Part shown: positions 1-7,165 of the stretch, piece after piece
Position numbering within the stretch: position 1 is the stretch's first letter
How the letters are laid out: each line of letters begins with the position of its first letter
Assembly: GCA_022340485.1 (NCBI GenBank)
Contig: JAJDNX010000129.1
Coordinates: 1-61,255 of the forward strand
From: Gammaproteobacteria bacterium
Lineage (GTDB): Bacteria > Pseudomonadota > Gammaproteobacteria > UBA9214
Length of the DNA stretch: 61,255 bases
Direction: 5' to 3'
The notes under the pieces: generated by a model
Database searches by the model: none
Seen by the model: only the letters and a program-made list of their open reading frames with translations
What the model was told of the DNA's origin: nothing
Position numbers and translations under genes: made by a program

Positions 1-75
1 ATAACCTGAATTGATATCAACAGGATGCATAGCCCAGCGGGGAGAGGAGGCATGGAATACTGACTCCCCGGCGCC

Positions 76-104
76 AAGAGAAAACGGCTGCAAGGATTGC
101 AACC
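76..104 (-). terminator. Rho-independent terminator downstream of flgM
   Basis: On the minus strand: GGTTGCAA-TCC-TTGCAGCC (8-bp stem with one G-U, 3-nt loop; plus coords 86-104), followed by GTTTTCTCTT (76-85). It lies about 25 nt after the flgM stop. Confidence 0.5.
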
Positions 105-129
105 GTATTTTCAGGAGAAATAGGTGAGG

Positions 130-282
130 TCAGGATGCACCTGACAGCGCAAGTTCCAGATCAATAATCTTGTCTGCAATCTGCCGTGTGTTCACAATAT
201 AGTCATCGTCATCGAGTTTTGCGCGAATTGAGTCTACCCGGGATAGGTCAAGGTCTGGGGTCGCAGGTTTCTGATTGAGCAT
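130..282 (-). CDS. flgM: Anti-sigma-28 factor FlgM, C-terminal sigma-28-binding segment; probably the 3' part of a frameshifted flgM
   Basis: My own translation (below the ORF-track size cutoff): MLNQKPATPDLDLSRVDSIRAKLDDDDYIVNTRQIADKIIDLELALSGAS. The pattern P-x-(V/L)-D-x-x-R-V-x-x-I-(K/R)-x-x-(I/L)-x-x-G/D-x-Y-x-V-(D/N)-x-x-x-I-A-D-K-(L/I) is the typical FlgM C-terminus. The flagellar-regulator neighbourhood fits. Confidence 0.55.
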   Translation of the reverse strand: MLNQKPATPDLDLSRVDSIRAKLDDDDYIVNTRQIADKIIDLELALSGAS

Positions 283-466
283 GGTATATCCAGATTGTTT
301 TCATTGCGTTCAGGTATCGGGTTGGATTCTTTTTACTACGCCCTGCGTAAGCCGCTGAGTCATTGAAGTTATCGTCAGTGGATTCAATGAATTTAGACAG
401 CTTTTGTGGCTTCGAGCACAATGTGCCGAGAAACTGACGGCGCTGTGCACGTGTTAACAAACCCAT
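248..466 (-). pseudogene. flgM: Upstream ORF that would be the FlgM N-terminal part if one nucleotide of the T4 run at 298-301 were removed
   Basis: This 72-aa ORF ends 35 nt inside the FlgM C-terminal ORF, in the adjacent frame. Deleting one A of AAAA (minus strand) fuses the two into a 111-aa protein reading ...RYLNAMKQSGYTMLNQKPATPDLD... Confidence 0.35.
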
Positions 467-640
467 CGAAGTGGCCGGCTGGTTGCTCAGGAATATGCAG
501 TAGCCGTAATAGTTATTATTTTGACATCTGCGTAACCGGGTGGTTAACTTCCACCTGTCATTTGGGTATAAAAATAACTTTAATATTCGTCAGGTTTTTA
601 TAATAATCTGGTGCAATATTAACCCACCGCAGGAAAAGAA

Positions 641-2062
641 ATGCTCAGTGAACCCAAGGTCCTGATTATTGAAGCAGATCCCCAGTTAGGAAGGGAATTG
701 CAGGCAGTTCTCAAATTCATTAATTGCAACCCTGTTCTGGTTAGCGATCCCGCAAGCTGGAAAGAAGGCATCGGTAAGGTCAGTGAGATCCAGGCGGTTC
801 TGGTAGGCACCTGTAACTCTGACCAGGTTCTTTCCTCACTGCTCGCAGAGATTCACAATCTCGATGAACATCTACCTGTCTACCTGCTTGCCAGGAAAGG
901 CAAGGAGCCTACGGTTGCAATAGACTCGGCTTCGTGCATCCTGGGTCGCCTTGATGTTCCACCGAATTACGCCCAACTCACCAGCGCCTTGCATCAGGCC
1001 GAGGTCTACACGGATTCACACCGCGCAACATCGGTAACACAAAGACCCGTTGAATTGTTCCGTAGTCTTGTTGGCAGCAGCCGTGCAATCCAGAAGGTCA
1101 GAAAGATGATCGACCAGGTCGCAGACAGTGACGCCAACGTACTGGTGCTTGGAGAATCTGGAACTGGCAAGGAAGTGGTTGCACGCAACCTGCACTACCA
1201 TTCAACGAGACGGGAAGGTCCTTTTGTTCCGGTGAATTGCGGTGCCATACCCGCTGAACTGCTTGAATCAGAATTATTCGGCCACAAGAAAGGTGCGTTT
1301 ACCGGCGCGATCAGCGATCGTGAAGGCCGTTTTGAAATGGCAGAAGGGGGTACCCTGTTCCTGGATGAGATCGGGGATATGAGCCTGCAAATGCAGGTGA
1401 AAATTTTGCGCGTCCTGCAAGAGCGTACCTTCGAGCGCGTTGGATCCAATGAAAGCAGGACCACCAATGTGCGCATTATTGCAGCGACTCACCGTGACCT
1501 TGAGGAAGCAATCAGGCAGGGAGAATTCCGTGAAGACCTGTTTTACCGGCTGAATGTATTTCCCATCGTCACCCCACCGTTGCGTGAGCGGGTAGAAGAT
1601 ATACCGTTGCTGGTCAACGAACTGGTGCGCCGGATTGAACACGAGAAACGTGGATCCGTAAGGCTCTCGCCCGCGGCCATCTATACACTCTGTCAATACA
1701 ACTGGCCCGGTAATGTCAGAGAGCTGGCGAACCTTGTGGAACGGCTGGCCATTCTGCATCCCTATGGTGTCGTTGATGCCGCAGATTTACCTGAAAAGTT
1801 TCAGGCCGGGGAAAGCCCTGTGGCGGAACACCAGATAGATGCCCTGATTGGTTCACCGGTTACTTCCGAGGACCTTGATCCCCGGCTGCCTCGTGATGGA
1901 CTGAACCTCAAGGAGCATCTTGGCTATTTGGAAATCAGTTACATCAAACAGGCGTTGATGGATACAGGTGGTGTTGTCGCGCATGCAGCGAAACGACTTG
2001 GTATGAGACGCACAACGCTGGTGGAGAAGCTCCGTAAGTATGGATTACAACGACCCAGCTGA
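641..2062 (+). CDS. fleQ: Sigma-54-dependent flagellar master regulator FleQ/FlrA family (REC-like N-domain, AAA+ domain, Fis-type HTH)
   Basis: Walker A GESGTGKE, GAFTGA loop, ESELFGH, and a C-terminal HTH (AAKRLGMRRTTLVEKLRKYG). The stretch ELFRSLVGSSRAIQKVRKMIDQVADSDANVLVLGESGTGKEVVARNLHYHS is almost identical to Pseudomonas FleQ as I remember it. Confidence 0.9.
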   Translation: MLSEPKVLIIEADPQLGRELQAVLKFINCNPVLVSDPASWKEGIGKVSEIQAVLVGTCNSDQVLSSLLAEIHNLDEHLPVYLLARKGKEPTVAIDSASCILGRLDVPPNYAQLTSALHQAEVYTDSHRATSVTQRPVELFRSLVGSSRAIQKVRKMIDQVADSDANVLVLGESGTGKEVVARNLHYHSTRREGPFVPVNCGAIPAELLESELFGHKKGAFTGAISDREGRFEMAEGGTLFLDEIGDMSLQMQVKILRVLQERTFERVGSNESRTTNVRIIAATHRDLEEAIRQGEFREDLFYRLNVFPIVTPPLRERVEDIPLLVNELVRRIEHEKRGSVRLSPAAIYTLCQYNWPGNVRELANLVERLAILHPYGVVDAADLPEKFQAGESPVAEHQIDALIGSPVTSEDLDPRLPRDGLNLKEHLGYLEISYIKQALMDTGGVVAHAAKRLGMRRTTLVEKLRKYGLQRPS

Positions 2063-2092
2063 TCGTCAGATACCTGACGATTTCATTTTTTT
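2062..2092 (+). terminator. Rho-independent terminator after fleQ
   Basis: ATCGTCAG-ATAC-CTGACGAT (8-bp perfect stem, 4-nt loop), followed by TTCATTTTTTT. It starts at the fleQ stop codon. Confidence 0.65.
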
Positions 2093-2119
2093 CGCACTCA
2101 CTCAAAACTGCGCTATAAT
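2091..2119 (+). promoter_or_regulatory. Candidate sigma-70 promoter for the GGDQF/EAL gene
   Basis: TTCGCA (2091-2096), 17-nt spacer, perfect TATAAT (2114-2119). This would give a leader of about 245 nt. Confidence 0.3.
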
Positions 2120-2368
2120 TCCCAGCATTGACTAATAAGGGTGGTAGGTGTCATTGCACATTTACCGCTAAAACAAATTACAAAAAGAAATTCTAATAAC
2201 ACGGGTGGGGAGTATAACGTTCGACTTCCAGTGATTACTGTCACATGGCTTAAGCCATCCGCGGGAAACCGTACTGGCTTGCGCATGGACTGCGTGTGGT
2301 ATTTTTCGAGTGGGGGTGCAGGGTTTTATCCTGCAGCAATGATAAGAACCTAACAATGCAGCGATCAC

Positions 2369-4627
2369 ATGGCTGACATCAAGAAAGATCGAAGAAGGCG
2401 AGCCGAAGAAAACCATTCTGGCACTGTCAGTCAGCAAGTCTTATCTGAGGTTCAGTTAAAAGAGTACAACTATGCGCTTCGCATCTTGCCGCAAGAAGCC
2501 AGGCTGCTGGAATACTACCGAGATTCACTGGCCACAGTTACTGCGGGCTTTGCTGAAGTCTATTACAACTTTCTGTTTGACAATCCCGACATTGCGGATG
2601 TGTTTTACCGCTATGAAAGAGATGGCGGTGATGTCGGCATGCTGGTGCGCAAACAACTGGAAAATATGCTTGCCAGTATTACGGACGCTTCTGCCAACAG
2701 CCGGCAAGACAACCTTGTCGCGGCTGGCGCCGATTTGTTTGAGAACACCTTTCGGCCGGTATGGATCATTGCCTCCTACAATCTGCTGACCCGCTTCATC
2801 AAGAAGCAGATCTCGAGAATGGAGATCCCGGCTACCGACAGGAGCACGCTCGAATCCGTCATTACCACGGTACTGTTACGAGACCTTGGGTTGACCATGG
2901 AAGGCTTCTGGCGAGCATCGCATGCTGTGGCTCGCAAGGAGCTTGCGCATGTTGCTGCTGACCTTGGGATGGTTGAAGACCTGCTCTCGGGAATACCACA
3001 TTATGTCTGGAGCGTTGACGTAAAATCCAACACGGTGATGTATGCAAATCAACCACTGCAGTCCCTGTATCCAGATACAATGCAAGCGCCCATTCCCTGC
3101 CTTGCAGACACCCATGAAGACGATCGACAGCAGTTGCTCAACACCTGGCAGGACGCAGTCAGCGGCAGCAATAGTTACGCAGAGATACGCATGTGCCTGG
3201 CCGAAGGCATACAGCATTGGTACAGGATTTCGTTGTTTCCATCACTGAACCGGCTGGGGAAACCGGTTCTGATGCACTGTATCCTCGAAGACATTAACTA
3301 CTTGATCAGCGAGCGTAAACTGCTTCAGCAACTGGCCACCACAGACAGGCTGACAAATCTTCCGAATCGTTCCTTGTGGGCTGATCACCTCAATCTGGCC
3401 CTGGCAGCATCACGACGGATTCCAGGTTCGCAGGTTGTGGTGATCTCTCTCGATATCAATCAGTTCAAGATGTACAACGACACCCTGGGTCATGATGTAG
3501 GCGACATCTTGTTGCGCGATGTAGCCAGTCGTCTGAATTCCATCATAAGGGAATCCGACTCACTGGCTCGCCTGGGTGGCGACCAGTTTGGTGTGCTGCT
3601 GCAGCCGGCGAATAAAGCACGCAAGGCAACCGAACGTGTCATTACCCAGATTCTTGATTCCTTTGATGTGCCGTTTACCTATCAGGACAAGCAGTTGTGT
3701 ATCAGCCTGACGATGGGGATCTCCTTTTTTCCGGATAACGGGAGCAGCGAGGATTCCTTGCTGACCAACGCGGAAAGTGCCATGCAACGCGCCAAGCGTA
3801 ATGGTTTGCCCTATCAATACTTTGACCCGCGTAATGATGTCAGCCCGGAGGAGCAGTTACGTTATTCCGGCCAGATCCGAACTGCGCTCGACAACAATGA
3901 GTTTTTACTGCATTACCAGCCACAGGTTGACATCCAGACATCACGCATCATTGGTGCTGAAGCACTGCTGCGCTGGGAACATCCGGTCGAGGGTACGGTT
4001 ATGCCGCATCGTATCATTCCAGTTGCAGAACAGCTGGGCATGATCACATCGATTACCAACTGGGTGCTGGTCACCGCCCTGCGGCAATGCAAGCAATGGT
4101 CGCGTGAAGGCATTTCGATTCCCGTCTCGGTGAATGTGTCCGCACGCTCATTTCAGAATCCGCGTCTTCTGGAAAAGATTGAGTGGGCATTGCAGGAAGC
4201 CGACGTCTCCGGCGATTGTCTTGAGATCGAGATCACGGAAGCCACACTCATGCAGGACCTCGATCATGCTGCCGAGGTCCTGAACCGCCTGAGCGAATCC
4301 GGTGTAAGCATTGCAATAGATGACTTTGGTACCGGCTATTCATCACTCTCCTATCTGAAGCGCTTGCCCATACACACACTAAAGATTGATCAGTCGTTTA
4401 TTATCGACGTGGGATTTGATCAGCAGGACGTTGCCATTGTCCGTTCAATCATCGATCTGGGACACAATCTAGGTTACAAGGTTGTGGCGGAGGGTGTTGA
4501 AAACAGCATGGCCTGGGACATGCTGAACAAGTTGGGTTGTGACACCGCCCAGGGCTTTCATATCAGCAAACCACTCTCCGAGGGGCACTTCTCAAGCTGG
4601 TTGAGCGACACCGGACACGCAGCCTAG
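2369..4627 (+). CDS. Multidomain c-di-GMP turnover protein: globin-coupled-sensor-like N-domain, PAS, degenerate GGDEF (GGDQF), EAL phosphodiesterase
   Basis: GGDEF region RESDSLARLGGDQFGVLL: an RxxD I-site 5 residues before GGDQF. EAL motifs EALLRW, NVSARS, EIEITE, DDFGTGYSS, KIDQSF, EGVE and QGFHISKP are all present. The N-terminal FAEVYYNFLFDNPDIADVF resembles sensor-globin/protoglobin domains. Confidence 0.9.
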   Translation: MADIKKDRRRRAEENHSGTVSQQVLSEVQLKEYNYALRILPQEARLLEYYRDSLATVTAGFAEVYYNFLFDNPDIADVFYRYERDGGDVGMLVRKQLENMLASITDASANSRQDNLVAAGADLFENTFRPVWIIASYNLLTRFIKKQISRMEIPATDRSTLESVITTVLLRDLGLTMEGFWRASHAVARKELAHVAADLGMVEDLLSGIPHYVWSVDVKSNTVMYANQPLQSLYPDTMQAPIPCLADTHEDDRQQLLNTWQDAVSGSNSYAEIRMCLAEGIQHWYRISLFPSLNRLGKPVLMHCILEDINYLISERKLLQQLATTDRLTNLPNRSLWADHLNLALAASRRIPGSQVVVISLDINQFKMYNDTLGHDVGDILLRDVASRLNSIIRESDSLARLGGDQFGVLLQPANKARKATERVITQILDSFDVPFTYQDKQLCISLTMGISFFPDNGSSEDSLLTNAESAMQRAKRNGLPYQYFDPRNDVSPEEQLRYSGQIRTALDNNEFLLHYQPQVDIQTSRIIGAEALLRWEHPVEGTVMPHRIIPVAEQLGMITSITNWVLVTALRQCKQWSREGISIPVSVNVSARSFQNPRLLEKIEWALQEADVSGDCLEIEITEATLMQDLDHAAEVLNRLSESGVSIAIDDFGTGYSSLSYLKRLPIHTLKIDQSFIIDVGFDQQDVAIVRSIIDLGHNLGYKVVAEGVENSMAWDMLNKLGCDTAQGFHISKPLSEGHFSSWLSDTGHAA

Positions 4628-4951
4628 CCATCATCAGCAGGCAACAGGCGCTCGATGCCCCGGATTGCCTTGGAAATGACCTTATTCCTCTGAGCAATCA
4701 GTGACCGGCTTCCTGAATAAACGTCGCGCTCGTTTCCAGACCTAGATTTGTAATCCCAACGGGTGCGGCGAAAACCTGTTTAGTACCTGCACGCCGTCAA
4801 ATACTTGTCAAATCGCTGGCGCTCCACTCAATAAGTCAATTATGTGACGCATGTCTGCCTATTGCGCCAGCAAAAGCGGTTAGGATTATTATTCATTTAA
4901 TTCAACAAGATATAGCGTATCCGCGCCCTTGTTCCGTGTTTTTTTTCATGT

Positions 4952-4967
4952 TGGCACGCATGCTGCT
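4952..4967 (+). promoter_or_regulatory. Sigma-54 (RpoN) promoter upstream of fleN-fliA
   Basis: TGGCACGCATGCTGCT versus the consensus TGGCAC-N5-TTGC. The GG/GC spacing is exact and there is one mismatch (T->C). It lies about 50 nt upstream of the ATG at 5017. Confidence 0.6.
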
Positions 4968-5016
4968 ATCGCTAATGCAGGCAGCACGACACACGTGCAC
5001 AAATACAGGAAAAAGC

Positions 5017-5946
5017 ATGGTTCTAAATCACAAAACAGCTAACAGGGGTGAAAGCTTCATACAGCTATCTGATGTCAAGCTGGGCCAGGTGAAAGAGACG
5101 CCGGTACGCACCTCTCAGGGGCCAGTACAGGTTATCGCGATCACTAGCGGGAAGGGCGGAACCGGTAAAACCAGTATTGCAGTCAATCTTGCTCAGGCCC
5201 TCGCCAACAACGGGCAACAGACACTGCTGCTGGATGCAGACCTGGGAATGGCGAATGTGGATGTCATGCTCGGAATGGCTGTGACACATACGCTTGCTGA
5301 CGTAGTCAGCGGCAAGTGTCAGCTCGAAGACATCATGATTGGTTTTGGGAGTAACCTGCAGGTGATACCGGCCGCTTCGGGTATCAAGCAACTTGCCGAG
5401 ATGGGACAACAGGAGTGTGCCGGACTGGTTCGTGCCTTCAGTGATCTGAACCAACCGCTGGACTACATGCTGGTCGATACGGCAACCGGTATTTCAGAAA
5501 GTGTTGCCAGCTTCTGCCGGGCTGCCACCGAAATCCTAGTTGTCATCTGCAACGAACCCACCTCAATCAGGGACAGTGTTGCACAAATCGAGTTGTTTTC
5601 TTCGACCTATGGGGTGTCCCGATTCCGCATCCTGGCAAACAGGGTGGAGACGGCCTACGAGGCACAAGACCTCTTTCAGCGGGTAACTTCACAATTCACA
5701 GACAACCACAATCCGCAGCTTAGCTATGCGGGTTATATCCCGAACGATGAAAACCTGCGCAAGGCAGTTGCACAACACAAAGTGGTCGTGGATGCCTATC
5801 CACGCAGCCGTGCAGCAATGGCGATTAAAAATCTGGCAAGCCGGATTGCAGTATGGCCCCACCCGGATCGAGCAGGTGGGCACATAGAGTTCTTCGTAGA
5901 ACGATTGATTGGTTATGAAAACAGCAAAATGGAGGTGGTGTCATGA
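5017..5946 (+). CDS. fleN: MinD/ParA-family flagellar number regulator FleN/FlhG
   Basis: Deviant Walker A ITSGKGGTGKTS, then LLLDADLGMANVDVMLG, as in FleN. The start was moved from the ORF-track position 4936 to the ATG at 5017 (AGGA 6 nt upstream), because the sigma-54 promoter lies inside the longer ORF. The stop overlaps the fliA start (ATGA). Confidence 0.85.
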   Translation: MVLNHKTANRGESFIQLSDVKLGQVKETPVRTSQGPVQVIAITSGKGGTGKTSIAVNLAQALANNGQQTLLLDADLGMANVDVMLGMAVTHTLADVVSGKCQLEDIMIGFGSNLQVIPAASGIKQLAEMGQQECAGLVRAFSDLNQPLDYMLVDTATGISESVASFCRAATEILVVICNEPTSIRDSVAQIELFSSTYGVSRFRILANRVETAYEAQDLFQRVTSQFTDNHNPQLSYAGYIPNDENLRKAVAQHKVVVDAYPRSRAAMAIKNLASRIAVWPHPDRAGGHIEFFVERLIGYENSKMEVVS

Positions 5947-6671
5947 AAAATAATGCAGCCAAGGTAGCTGATGATTACAAGGCATGTAATGAACGCGTTG
6001 TGGAACACGAACAGCTGGTCAAGCGTATTGCCTACCACTTGATGAGTCGCTTGCCCGCCAGTGTACAGGCAGATGACCTGATCCAGGCCGGCATGATAGG
6101 CCTGATTGAAGCCTCCAGGAAATTTGATCCTGAGCAGGGCGCCAGTTTTGAAACCTATGCGGGTATCCGCATTCGCGGTGCAATGCTGGATGAAATACGG
6201 CGCACCGACTGGACCCCGCGTTCTGTACACCGCAAGGCGCGTGATGTTGCGGAGGCTGTGCGCAAGATCGAGAACGAAAAGGGCCGTGATGCTCGCGACG
6301 TCGAGGTGGCAGAGGCGATGGGCCTTGAGCTGGATGAGTATCACAAGATATTGCAGGACGCGACAGGCTGCCGTATTTTCAGCTTTGAAGATCCGGGCAC
6401 ACTGGGTGAAGACGGCTTTTCTCCCATGATGGAGCAACCGAACCAGCCATTTGAGAACCTGCAAAATGGTGATTTCAAACAGGGGCTGGCCACTGCAATC
6501 AAAGGCCTGCCAGAACGTGAACGTCTGGTTATGGCGCTGTACTACGATGAGGAACTGAATTTACGCGAGATCGGCGAGATTCTTGGTGTTAGTGAATCCA
6601 GGGTATGCCAGATTCACGGACAGGCACTCATCCGTTTACGTGCACGTATGGAAGACTGGCTGAAGGATTGA
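5943..6671 (+). CDS. fliA: Flagellar sigma factor FliA (sigma-28)
   Basis: Sigma-70 family regions 2-4: DLIQAGMIGLIEASRKFDP, YAGIRIRGAMLDEIR, LNLREIGEILGVSESRVCQIHGQAL. It sits immediately after fleN, as in Pseudomonas and Vibrio. Confidence 0.95.
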   Translation: MKNNAAKVADDYKACNERVVEHEQLVKRIAYHLMSRLPASVQADDLIQAGMIGLIEASRKFDPEQGASFETYAGIRIRGAMLDEIRRTDWTPRSVHRKARDVAEAVRKIENEKGRDARDVEVAEAMGLELDEYHKILQDATGCRIFSFEDPGTLGEDGFSPMMEQPNQPFENLQNGDFKQGLATAIKGLPERERLVMALYYDEELNLREIGEILGVSESRVCQIHGQALIRLRARMEDWLKD

Positions 6672-6676
6672 AAGCC

Positions 6677-7165
6677 ATGGCAATGTCCCATCATTCAAGG
6701 CACTGGTATACCCGGCGTGACGGTGTGATTCGCGGCCCATTCAGCGTCGATGAAATTACCCGTCATTTTATCCTCGGTCGTATCTGCCTGGATGATGAAC
6801 TCAGCCAGGATGGACAACGCTGGACAACAGCAAACCACTGTCCGGATCTGCTACCGATTGAATTGCAAAACCTGAACAGCTGGGATGACTATCAACAACT
6901 GGTCATTGCCCGCATGCAGGTGGATGAACGCAAAGGCGAACGGCGCCGCTCGCCGTGCAGTAAGGACTATGGCTGCCAGCCCGAGCGACGCACCACCACC
7001 GAGCGACGTGACATGGAGAATGATCGCCTGATCTACCAATACCTGTTTGGTCGTCCGCCTGCGCCAGGAGCTCACACTGGAGAACAGAAGAAGCTGCGCC
7101 CCTTGCTGTTGACGCTGCTTCTAGCCACCCTGGTGATTGCCTGGCTGTTACCTAGCCAGCGCTAA
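6677..7165 (+). CDS. GYF_2-domain protein with an Arg-rich linker and a C-terminal TM helix
   Basis: WYTRRDGVIRGPFSVDEITRHFILGRICLDDELSQDGQRWTTA fits the GYF_2 (DUF4339) pattern. The C-terminal LRPLLLTLLLATLVIAWLL is hydrophobic. I chose the ATG at 6677, just after the fliA stop, rather than the fliA-overlapping position 6605. Confidence 0.6.
   Translation: MAMSHHSRHWYTRRDGVIRGPFSVDEITRHFILGRICLDDELSQDGQRWTTANHCPDLLPIELQNLNSWDDYQQLVIARMQVDERKGERRRSPCSKDYGCQPERRTTTERRDMENDRLIYQYLFGRPPAPGAHTGEQKKLRPLLLTLLLATLVIAWLLPSQR

Noticed and set aside
1-53. Possible 5' end of a minus-strand gene (MPPLPAGLCILLISIQV...) running off the window
   Set aside because: Only 17 codons are visible. A GGGGAG lies upstream, but there is not enough sequence to support a call.
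2141-2353. 70-aa ORF in the fleQ to GGDQF-EAL spacer
   Set aside because: It has a GTG start without a Shine-Dalgarno sequence and an odd composition. It overlaps predicted leader hairpins and the palindrome, so I treat it as non-coding leader.
2120-2368. Possible c-di-GMP (GEMM-I/II) riboswitch in the leader of the c-di-GMP enzyme gene
   Set aside because: I could not find the conserved GEMM strings (for example GCAAAGCC or GGGCAAACC-type segments), only generic hairpins. It would need cmscan to exclude formally.
4625-4770. Minus-strand reading frame ...RDVYSGSRSLIAQRNKVISKAIRGIERLLPADDG*, which looks protein-like
   Set aside because: There is no ATG, GTG or TTG start after the upstream in-frame TAA, and no Shine-Dalgarno sequence. 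It is too short to assign and may be a gene remnant.
4936-5016. N-terminal 27-aa extension of the fleN ORF (GTG start at 4936)
   Set aside because: The extension contains the sigma-54 promoter (4952-67). The ATG at 5017 has an AGGA Shine-Dalgarno sequence at 6-nt spacing.
6605-6676. Longer start for the GYF-domain ORF, overlapping fliA by 67 nt
   Set aside because: The ATG at 6677, just past the fliA stop, gives a protein that begins right before the GYF domain. The extension has no support.
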